NCBI GenBank assembly: GCA_030141605.1
Contig: JAQGDQ010000248.1
Span: 124,001 to 188,000, forward strand
DNA length: 64,000 bases
From: Tubiluchus corallicola
Lineage: Eukaryota > Animalia > Priapulida
Direction: 5' to 3'
Each line of letters starts with the position of its first letter. Position 1 is the stretch's first letter. A model generated the notes under the pieces. That model was not told the DNA's origin, ran no database searches, and saw only the letters and a list, made by a program, of their open reading frames with translations. Positions 37,401-56,100 of the stretch are shown one piece after another. Made by a program: the position numbers and the translations under genes.

Positions 37401-39486
37401 TTCCTTTAAAAAGCATTAATTTATATTTCAATATCATCATCATTTTCTGATAAATAAAATGCATTGAACAGTAGATTAACAGTGTGCAATCATTATGCCT
37501 TTTAAGAAAAGCTAATCCAATTGAAACAATTGATTTTTCAAACAAATAAAATCATTAATCCGGACCAGACAAAGCAGAGATAAATGTACTAGTTGAAATT
37601 TTGTACCTTCATTTATTGCTTTACTCAAATCAAGAGTACGGACTGGAAAGCTATTGGTTGCAAAATTTCTCCCGTCATCATATTTTATTCCTGATATACG
37701 TTGCATAGAATGTAATCCTAAAAAAAGAAATAAACAACGTTAATGTTACTGGTTTTTTTTCTTTTGAGAATGGTCAAGTAATCTTGTGTATAGTAAGTCC
37801 TTGCATAATGACTCCCATTTAGCAAAGTTTAGTTTTAAAAAGCCAAACACTAGATGCCTTTTCTCACTTAACGACATGTTTCATTTTAACAACATTTTGC
37901 TTTGCTCAAAGCATTTTTACTTTTATCAACAACCCATTTTACTTAATTTGAAGCATTAAAACAGCATATATTGTGGTATTCTGTTGTAGCTGCATGGGCA
38001 CGTGGAGTGTAGAGTTTCAATATTGTTATGATGCTTATGTATGATAATGATACTGTCCAACAGAAATTTGTATAAGATTTTTTAATATTGGAAGTTTTTT
38101 ACAATCAACCTGAAGGACACTTCGGATAGAAATAATTCCACATTTAAAATTCTTATAAACCACACATTTGAGAGTTTATTCAGAAAAACTTAGTGACAGT
38201 AAGTTGACAACATGAATTTTGCTGGGCATAATTAAGAAAAGTGACACTTAGTATATGCAACAAGGCAAAACTTTACTAGAGCAAGGACTAAAAATTTATG
38301 GAACAGAAATTTTTGCAAATGTTTCAAAAGGAAACTCACAGTTTTAAGTTAAAAAATGGTGTAAATGTGTAAATTTCTAGAACAACCCTACCTCAGACCT
38401 CACTGTCAGAGCTCACAGCACATTCACGGACCTTTTAGCTGGTTACTTGAAAATCGCCACCCTTACACTAAACACTCGCACTCGCAGCAATAAAGCAGTA
38501 CAAATTACAAGACAATGCCACCAACTTAATAATTAATTAATTATCACTTAGCAGCCACACATGTTACAACTCAACCTCAGTAATACTGAAAGATGGTGTA
38601 ATGAATGGCTAATGGAACTCAAGAAAAGCAAAAGTTATCTTCTTCGCATTCGACCATGGACATGTTCCCAACACTATCTAAAGAATGGTGCCATTGAAGA
38701 AAAAACTTCCGTTAAAGATCTGGGCATTACAGTTACCAAAGACTTAAAGTGGAATGCTCATGTCATTAAGCTTGTCACAGAAGCTAATAGCTGTAACAGC
38801 ATAATTAAGCAATGCCTCACGACACGAGGCTCAAGATTACTCTTGAAAGAACTCAACACCAATGCACTCATCTGGTTAACAATACCTGGTTAACGATATA
38901 GTACCCTTAGCTATAGATGCCTAAGTTTTTGCTCTATAGTGTATGTAATTTATCCAATTATTACAATCATTGTAGTTAAAGTGCAAGCGCCACAAAAAGT
39001 TGTTTAGAGATTGACTGTACGATGTAACCGAATTTTGGGTTCCTTGCACAAAGGTCTCCAAGACTAAAGCCACAAAAATAGCCAAAATAATGGAGGTGGC
39101 TGCAAAAGCGTGTTAATTCAACTGTAACACATCTCGAACACCGTCGCGAAACTACTGATCTTATAGATTGTTATAAAATCGCCAGCGGCCTAACCGTTCT
39201 ACTGAAAGATTATTTCTTTTCTCGATTGTCTCCGGTGCCTCGCCTTCTCCGTGGATATCACTCGAAACTGTTTGTTCCTTATTCCCGAACTAGTATAGTA
39301 ACATCCGTTCCCGTTTATTTTTTTGCATGCCGTGTTGTTAACCCATGGAACAAATTGCATCACCAATTACTTACCTTAAGACATCTTTGAAAAGGGACCG
39401 CAACCGAATTTAACTCTGTCCCTATAAATTAGTAAGGTAAATTGTAAGGTATTGATCAACTCACCTGTTCCACTGATGGTAGCCAT
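26330..39486 (-). CDS. XRRA1: X-ray radiation resistance-associated protein 1-like LRR protein, about 763 aa. Exons 5'->3': 39486-39465, 37717-37607, 36880-36741, 36102-36031, 35713-35641, 35337-35240, 35062-34923, 33488-33393, 32985-32762, 32299-32130, 31284-31133, 30409-30343, 30115-30013, 29491-29199, 28708-28546, 28160-28054, 26903-26748, 26434-26330
   Basis: Phase-consistent GT-AG exons (2292 nt) translate to SGIKYDDGRNFATNSFPVR, CVSTPRDLCSIDISG, VAYINASENLLP, LDISYNNI..LRILNLAGNNLHSLP, FACLAGLQRLKELNM, APFPNLTHLNIANNKI, LILYNNPL..GCPPL, NIFITE, EYKEAVKLL. These match recalled human XRRA1 blocks (SGIYKLDDG..NCFP, PSDLCTINVSG, YINASENLLP, FASLAGLRRL, PPFPELRYLSLAYNKI, HNNPL..GVPPL). The acceptor at 26903 and the first micro-exon are the least certain. 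Confidence 0.88.
26569..26667. repeat. Near-perfect inverted repeat (45-bp arms, 9-nt TA-rich loop)
   Basis: TACGTCTGTCCTATAATTAATTTGCTGGAAATACCTTCCGAGGAT-gatatatat-ATCCTCGGAAGGTATTTCCAACAAATTAATTATAGGGCAGATGTA, 3 mismatches. Confidence 0.95.
27773..28026. mobile_element. Probable small MITE with internal GAGTTAC/CTCGGCAAGTT repeats
   Basis: Imperfect inverted ends GCAGACTGGC...GCTAGTCTGC and reiterated internal motifs; CpG-richer than the flanks. Confidence 0.45.
28366..28481. repeat. Compound (TA)n microsatellite with a duplicated CTATA/AGTAGTC unit
   Basis: Direct reading of the sequence. Confidence 0.95.
31383..31947. mobile_element. Composite of a family B fragment (about 31383-31470, reverse) and family A copy 3 (about 31482-31947)
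   Basis: The left part matches 9290-9350; the right part is collinear with 4980-5405 and ends TTCTTGTGCTTTAA. Confidence 0.65.
33663..34335. mobile_element. Tc1/mariner-pogo-like MITE
   Basis: TIR CAGCCAAACCTTTTAATACCGCC...GGCAGTGTAATGAGGTTTGACTG followed by TA. Confidence 0.65.
36329..36723 (+). mobile_element. Family C hAT-like MITE, copy 2
   Basis: ..TGGGGTGAGCAT...ATATTCACCCCCA, flanks ATGATTAC / GTGATTAC (7/8); interior collinear with 23653-24003. Confidence 0.75.
38561..38890 (+). mobile_element. Decayed LINE (CR1/L2-clade-like) reverse transcriptase C-terminal fragment
   Basis: ERWCNEWLMELKKSKS and VKDLGITVTKDLKWNAHV are typical non-LTR RT C-terminal motifs. Confidence 0.75.
39135..39400 (+). 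mobile_element. Decayed LINE ORF2 3' end fragment
   Basis: Translates in pieces to HRRETTDLIDCYKIASG, LRG..SKL, FFACRVVNPWNKL, resembling the CR1-type ORF2 tail. Confidence 0.65.
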
Positions 39487-39496
39487 TTTTGTAAAC

Positions 39497-39510
39497 GTTG
39501 CTATGCAGTT
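39497..39510. promoter_or_regulatory. RFX X-box half-site (GTTGCTATG) just upstream of the proposed XRRA1 start codon
   Basis: GTTGCT-AT-GCAGTT 11 nt upstream of the ATG at 39486; only one half fits the X-box consensus. Confidence 0.3.
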
Positions 39511-39589
39511 AAACGCATAAGTAACATAATTGAAGCAATTTTTATTTGATTTAGTTCAGTTTTGTTAGCTCAACGACTTTTATCATCAT

Positions 39590-40015
39590 CATTACCTGGA
39601 GAGTTCGCTCACTCCTGGAATATGGTAGCCCGGTTGAGAACTCGCATTATGTAAAAGATATTTGTTTGATTGAGACTGTCCAGAAAAGAGCCACTCGGAT
39701 GGTGTTTTAAATGCAAGCCCTACTATACTGTGATCATTTACGTCAACTGAAATTACAAACGCTTATTACTAGAAGGAGCATGTGCTGATTTGATTCAAGT
39801 CTTCAAGTTCGTAAAGGGCATTGACAAAGTTGACTGTGGAAACTTCTTCAAGTTCCGAAATTCAAATAGTTCATCAAGGCGCCACAGTATGCAGATACCC
39901 AAGAAACAGACTAACTGGATCTGAGAAAATTCTTTTTTAGTCAAAGAATTGTAAATGCTTGGAATGAGCTTCCTCAGGCAGCAGTAGATGCATCTTATGT
40001 GAATCAATTCAATGA
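39590..40015 (+). mobile_element. Decayed CR1-type LINE ORF2 3' fragment (second copy)
   Basis: LLEYGSPV..KDICLIETVQKRATRMV, ADLIQVFKFVKGIDKVD..FF, NAWNELP, with frameshifts and stops. Confidence 0.8.
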
Positions 40016-40218
40016 TACTATTCAATATTATGGAAATGGGTTGGAACAGCAAAGCATCAAATGGCTACATGAGAAAGCTTTTTGTAAGCTGATGGAATCC
40101 CATATGCTGAAGTTGCCATTTTGCTCTAATAGCTCGGTCCTAAAATCAACATGTTATTAGTTATTACTATGACTATTGACATCATCATTATAGTCATTAG
40201 TATCATAGATGCGACTGC

Positions 40219-40592
40219 TAGGGTGAGCATTCTCTGCCAACAAGTGAATTCGAATCTAATTTGTAATTTTTTAATTCGAATCGAACCTAATTTCAGAATT
40301 TCGATACGAATTGAGTTTGCAAGTGTCTCAAACAAGTTTCCGATCCACCAGCAAAAAGCGGTCTTTCAAAGATAATTCATGTCACTCAATTTAATTCTGT
40401 TAAAACCACCATTAAATTGTTTAGAAAGTGTGCATAAAAATTACTGCTAAACTGTGTCAATTGCATGATGTATCAAACGTTTTAATGATAAAGAACTTGT
40501 GTGGCTGAAGTGCTGAACTATTTGAATCTATAACCAAATTCGAACTGAAAAACTCATTGGAATTCAATTCGAACATTCAATGCTCACCCATA
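40219..40592 (-). mobile_element. Family C hAT-like MITE, copy 3 (reverse), in the XRRA1-NKAP divergent intergenic region
   Basis: TAGGGTGAGCATT...AATGCTCACCCATA with TTCGAA-type subterminal repeats. Confidence 0.75.
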
Positions 40593-42036
40593 TCCATTGT
40601 TTTTGTAATCATCATCATTATCGTGTTCATTATCGTTGTCACAACGATCACCAGTTGACCACCGTCATTAAATATTATATATATATCTTTGTTGTGTGGT
40701 CCTGGGCACAGTGTGTGATGAAATTATGCTACGCACAAAAATTGCACATAAATAATAATAATGCCAAATAATATCATTGCCTTTTGTTACACCTATAATT
40801 TGCTGCTATGGTCAGAAAGTGTAGTCCCTGCAAGGCTGCATGGCAATTGTCGGCAGCATAAATTTTGGTCTCTGCGAATATTTTCAAACATGGCCAAAAG
40901 TCTTCACCATAGATAGTCTTCGTCAAAATTTTCTTTTCTCGAAAGATTCCTTGCATTGCTAGTTGTTGTCAGTCGTAAACATAAGTTGCAAAAGTATTTT
41001 ACACTTATTTCCCAACAATTTATATTTAATGAGAAATATGTTGATTCTTATACAAGGCATTTATAGTTAAAATATGTATGCGCTATTGTGATCAACTCAT
41101 TTTTGTGTTTTATTACTATATATTTTTTGTATTGTAAATTGTATTTTTCCATGAACTCTAAGCGTGATGGTAATAATAGTATGATACGGTTTGTTTTACT
41201 TTTAGTCTAGTTTGGAATCTAGTCTAGTCTAGTCTAGAGCAAGAAAACTGTTTTACTTAAAATTAGGAACGCTAAAAATTGCTAGTGGTTATAAATGTTG
41301 TTGAATAAACAGAGTTTATCTGTTAATGAGTATGCAGCCACAAGATGACATGACTTCACTAGGGCATTTTTATTTCTGTTGCAAATGGATATAACCAAGG
41401 ATTTTGTTCAGTATATTATAGCTTTTTCTTTAAAGTCACAGATAAGTGACAGAAAAAGAAAATTAGTTGTTGAAAAAGAGTACTGCTTTTTCAACAACTT
41501 GCACTGCCCGAGAAGTTGTATCAGCAAATGAGCCATTAAAACTAACTGCAAATCATCAGGTTTTGCTGTACATATTGACGTAGCAGGCTTTAATGTAGGA
41601 TAATTTCTTTTGGGGCCAATTCTAGAAAAATTGTGCTATTAAGAAATGTCTTGTAATATGTAGGCCTAATTAGCTTTGAGGTGCATGGTAGACTTTGGGT
41701 TATTCCATTATGAAACACATTCCGTGGCTTTAAGTGTCTTTACCAGTTTTCTATAATAGTCTGTAAAGCAATTATGGAATATCAGTTTTATAACAGTATA
41801 GCCTGCAATTTTCTTGGTATTGCCAACCATAGGCAATTCTCATGTAGCTGTTAATTTATTTTCATTTTTGTAACCTACTCACTAGGCACTATGACTATTC
41901 TTTCATGTCATATTAAAATTGCACATTTTATTACTTTTGAGATGTTATGCTGTGCATTTTTTAATCTTTTTTCTTTTGTTTTCTAGGTTTTTAGCTGAAT
42001 AACAAAACATATTAGAACCTTTCATTGTTGAACAGC

Positions 42037-50673
<8,637 letters not shown>

Positions 50674-51827
50674 CTTTTTGAATTCTTAGAATATGGATTA
50701 CTGGGTGTCCAAATTGCAAGCAAGCTGTAAATAATACTGTTTTTATTTTTTTATGTTTACTGCTGCAATGTATGTACTGCACGCCTGTTTAATTCTTATT
50801 GATGTTACGTACAAAGAACTTTTTAAATTCCTTTGTGTGTATATAATTATTATTTAGTAAGTTACAGTTAAATACTTCAGAAGGCATGTAAAGCTTTCTT
50901 TAAGTAGGTTGATAAAAACATGTTTTAAATAAGGAATTAATTTTTATTTATTTGTCACTGAAACGTCTAGCTGCAATAGCCAGAATTGTAAAACATTTGT
51001 AATTGAAGAATACAGCAACTTACTGATGGGTGAAAACTGATGACTGAAAGTTTTGTACTGTTTAAATCTGAATTAAAAGTATACAATTATATCACTTTTG
51101 TATAAATAGTCTGCAAGTTGTGATTTCATGAATGTTAACGTAGTATTAATAATAATAGTTTTAATGTAAATGTTATCAGGTACTTTTCATGTTTTTAATA
51201 TTATGAGAACTGCATAATATAATCAGACAATTATACTCAAGCATTAATACTGAATAAACTAATTGATGCAAATGACTGATCTACGTTTAAGTGAAATGGA
51301 CTAATATATGTTTAATGGGAGCGCAAAAGTCAATATTTCGTTCACTATTTGATTTTATAGTTATTGATGTCACAGCAGGTCATAAGTTAGGCAACTGAGT
51401 TTTCAAACAGTTTGCAGCAATCAAAGTAATGTCTTCAGAAACTAAAAAAGCAAATTAAAACCTTAATATCCTAATTAAAATCGTATAAAAATAGTGTTTA
51501 TTGGTCAAACAGTTAGTACAAGTCACATTTGAAGGAATGTCTTGAGTCATTGTTTGTAAAATTTACTACAAAAATACATGTACAAAAGAAAGAAATGTGA
51601 TTATGATAACAATACTGTATCAAAAATGATAACTTACTACGATTTATTACATTTACACGATTTAATAATGTAGTACAAAAGTAGCCTGCTTTAGCAACAT
51701 GATTTGATGAGAAACAGCCATGAGTGCATTCACACAGCAACCTGATGTCAATTTGAAAACTTTCTAGCAAAAATTGCATAATGGAACTTAATTGAAATTA
51801 CTTTTTGCACAAAATTATTACATTAAA

Positions 51828-52180
51828 ATGGCTGAACATTGAAAATTCAATTCAAACGAGTTTTTTTTAATTTGAATTTGATTCGCACCCAAAATTATGG
51901 ATATGAGCAATTCAGCACTTCAGCTACATACTTTACAATTAAAACGCTACACAGTCAGCACAGTTTAGCTGCAATTTCTCTGCACAGTTTTTTAAACAAA
52001 ATATCAGTGTTTTTACAGCAGAAAATCGAGTAATACGCATAAACTTTTTGAAACCACTTTTTACTTGTGATTCGAAAATTTTTAAAATTGAATTGGATGT
52101 GAAAATCTCGAAATTGCTTTGATTCGAGTTTGAAAAACACAGATTCGATTTGAACTCCTGGTAGCAAATGCTCACACTTA
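51828..52180 (+). mobile_element. Family C MITE copy 4 (degenerate ends), in the probable ABCC4-like 3'UTR
   Basis: Collinear with 23653-24003 (tagcacagttta..tctgtgcacaatttt, gattcga repeats); ends GCAAATGCTCACACTTA. Confidence 0.65.
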
Positions 52181-53167
52181 ATTTTTAATACGTATGCCAA
52201 GCACAAACTAGAGCTGCCCCATGTCACACAAAAGTGAAGAAATGGTGTTATAATAACGGGTTTCACCTTTTGTGTTTTTTTACGGTATATAAGTAAAACC
52301 ATGAACGCAATGTAAAAATAGATATATGAATCAACAGATATATAATATAATTCGCCAGTTAATTTAGAAAATTGGAATCAAGTCTCAAACAGCATTCCAA
52401 AATACCTTGAAAGGCAAGTTTTTTGAAAGCACAGTAAAATGTGAGTTAGAACAATACGTATATTTTATGCAGTTGGGTTGAAAATTGTTGCTAATTATAG
52501 TATCTCAAACATGAACAATCACAATCCTTCATACACATCATCTCACATAAAGAAAACAACTTTGGTACAAAAGTTGTGCATTAAATACCTGCAGATTTTC
52601 TTAAATAGTAAAAAAAACTAGTATTATTAATATGGCACAAAAATGGATATGTACAGATTTACAAAACTGTAAAAAGTAGTTCCGATTTATACATGTACAA
52701 CAGAAAACATTAAAAAGCGTAAAATGATCTACATACCTTTTAGTTGTAATGTACTAATTAGTATTGATCTGATAAAACAAAAAAGATGACATGACGATAG
52801 TCTGATAATTCCTCATTAAAATAGCTGTGTTTCAAGCTAATATTATTAAAGCATTTGTACGGAAGCACATTACACACTTCCGCCTCCACACGAGTGTGCT
52901 GTGCACCCATACTGTCAAATATGCACAAGAAATGGCTAAAGCCGTAAGATTCCATAAATATGTAACACTATCAAATTTTCAGTTTCGTCAGTAAATAGAG
53001 AAGAAGTTTCTAAAATGCATAAATAATCACAAATGTCATTCTAAAACATTCGTAAAAACAGTAAATTTACACAACTTAATCAGCAGTATAAAAATATACA
53101 AAATAGCTGCACGAGAACATTTCACTTATTTACAATATGTAAAATAGTAATAATTTATAGCAAAATG

Positions 53168-56100
53168 CTACACCATTGTCTCACAATTTACATCGTCAAT
53201 GTCTAAAGGTCCTCTAACACCAATCCTTGTGGGTGGCGTTGGCATCGCCGCTATTGTGGCACCTTGGTTGTAACTGCTGCTACCTTTAGTTACGTCCGGT
53301 GCATTTCGTACGAGGTACGCCTGACGTGCGATGTCGAGCAATCTTTCTGCTTCGTGCTTTCCCGACTGTTCCACCATCTTGTAGAATATACTAGTGTCTT
53401 CTTGTAAGAGGGTGAACGGTTCTTCAAATTCTCGTATTCTTCCATCTACCAAAACCTGGTTAGAAATGCACATTTCAGTGTAATTTTATGCTAAAACCAG
53501 AGAAAAAACTCCAAATCGACTGAAATTTTTGATTATAGGAAATTATTGTGATTGTTTTGTATATTGAATATCGTATATTGTATCATATATTATATTGATA
53601 TATTTTGTATCGTATATTGTAGATAAAATATTAAATGCGAAAAATATGTACCATGACTCTGTCTGAGTCCATGATCCCACTCAGTCGATTAGCTATTGTA
53701 ATCACTGTGCAATGCTGGAATTTTCTACGAACAACTTGTTGCAGTATAGCATCAGTTCTGAAAATGATATCAAAATAATTATAACTTATAAAGTTGCAAT
53801 TAAAATGATGACAGTCAATTCAGTTACTAACAAATGCAACAACGACAACAAAGAAAAATGCATTCTTAAATTTGTTCGAATTCGTGCAACTACAATTATT
53901 TATTTCGACATTTGCAAAATCTTAAATGATATGAAACAATTTGATTAATTAAGTAAATTATGCTACATTATAATTAATTAAACTTACTAGGGTATTATTG
54001 TCAAAATTATATGCAGAGCGTAAATCAGTACATCATGTAAATAGCATCAAATAACATATTAGAATAACAATAGTATTACAACGAGTTTTCAACATGCATC
54101 ATAACACTGACATCCTACTCTGAATAAGTTTAAAATTATCATGTTTGTTTTGTTCAAAAAATAAATTTTGTTATTTTTTTAGACATGACTAGTCCTAAAA
54201 ATATTTCAGTATTTGTTTCAGTATGAATATTAGTACTGGGTATCGGGCAACGAAACTGAGAACCAGGAATGCCTGTATCGGCTTTGGTATCCAAGTACAT
54301 ACTGGTTTGAAGCAAAAACAGTCGCTAACAAATACATATACTCATGTATTACGTACCTGAAGTCAATATTTGTTGGAAGGGGTTCTTCGATTACTAAGAT
54401 ACGATTACTTTTTAGTATTGCTCTGGCCAATGAGAACAGATGTTTCTGTCCCTGAGAGAAATAAGCACCACCATTGAACAACACCGTGTCCAATTGTTGA
54501 GGAAGTTCTTCCACTGCTTGTTTTAGCTCCACCTACAACAGAAACAGGAACTGGTTTTACTTTAAATAGCAAAGTAAAATAAATCAGAACAAAAATCAGC
54601 CTCAATAGGCTGATTCAGGGCAGAGAATTAACAAAATGCAAAATACACGCAGTTATAACATCAAAAATTTGCAAAAAACAAATTTATGTGTTTTTTGGTA
54701 ATATTATGTTCACGCAAGTTCACAACATCAAGTAATGCCGACAGAGAACAATTGAAAGAAATGCTAAAAATGAAATAAAAGTATAAATTCGAAGAAAGTT
54801 CTTCTCTAGATAGAATATTAGAAATGATGTAACAAATAATTATCAACTAACACTCACCTCTTCCAATACTGACCACAAGTCGTTGTCGGTATGGTCTTGG
54901 AAAGGATCAAGGTTCAAACGAACACTACAACTAAACAGCACGGGTTCCTATAAATGAACAAAGAATATAACATACATTATAAAAGCACGTTAACTCATTA
55001 GCAAAAGAAATGTGAAGCATTTTTGGTAAAAATTTTTAGTGAGTAGTTAATTCTTACAGCAGGTATGACAGAAACTCTTCTGCGCACATCATGCAATCCA
55101 AGTTGTGATATATCTACTCCATCAAATCGGATGGTACCCTTTGGCTCGGCAAGACGACACAGAACAGCTGAAATAGATTCCTTTCCACTGATCGCTTGAC
55201 CGACAATACCGACCTGCAAAATATTCATATAATTAACGAGCTGGACAAAGTTTTTTGATAGGACCTATGAAAGCTTATAGTAGCTTGTATGAGTTTGTTA
55301 ATTTGAATTCTTGAATTTATTTGACTGAACCGTAATGTCAGAAATGACTACTAAGCTATTATTGGGTGGCCCAAAAAATGTGCTGAAGTTTTGATCACGA
55401 TCATACAACAGAATCTCTTGAAAATTACAACACCGATATTATAGACACCTACGCATAAACACCAAAAATTTCAGGTCATTCTATTAGACTTTTCAAAAGA
55501 TACAGAAGTTTTAAATCAACAAGTCAAAAAATAAAAGCCAGAAAAAATTTGTTTTACTGTTGTTAAAATTTACAGCAAGTGCCGTATGTGTCCACCATTT
55601 TCAACACAGACTAGACGAAGGCATTTCTTCCAACAGCTGACACACTTTCTCACTTCTTTAAGGGGTATTTAATCACAGCGCTTAACATTTTTTGCTTTCA
55701 ATTGCTTTGCATCAAATGGGTCTGTGCTACTATTGTACACTTTTTATGATCTCGTAAGAAACTACTACTTGTAGCATACTAACTCTTTTATAATATTGCT
55801 CATGCATACCTTTCTTTGTATATAAGTTGTTGTTTACTAACATCATTGTATATGTGCTAAAATTTGTTTTACGTTGGATGTCCATGTTTTCTATTTTCTA
55901 AAGTCATACGGGTGATAACTTATATGCTACCATACCAATTTGAACAGAATTTCTCCCTAAAAAGTTTCTGCCGCTAGCACGTACTAAACATACATATTTT
56001 TTAAATTTTAGCAAAGCATAATTCATCTGATATACAACACAAAAGGGCCTTTTGTAAAAGTTCAGTTAGAAAAAATGCTTATCACATTTTCAATGCTTCT

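Noticed and set aside
40774-40956. 60-aa minus-strand ORF as an extra gene or XRRA1 exon
   Set aside because: No recognisable homology; it overlaps the probable NKAP promoter/leader, and XRRA1 already has a satisfactory start.
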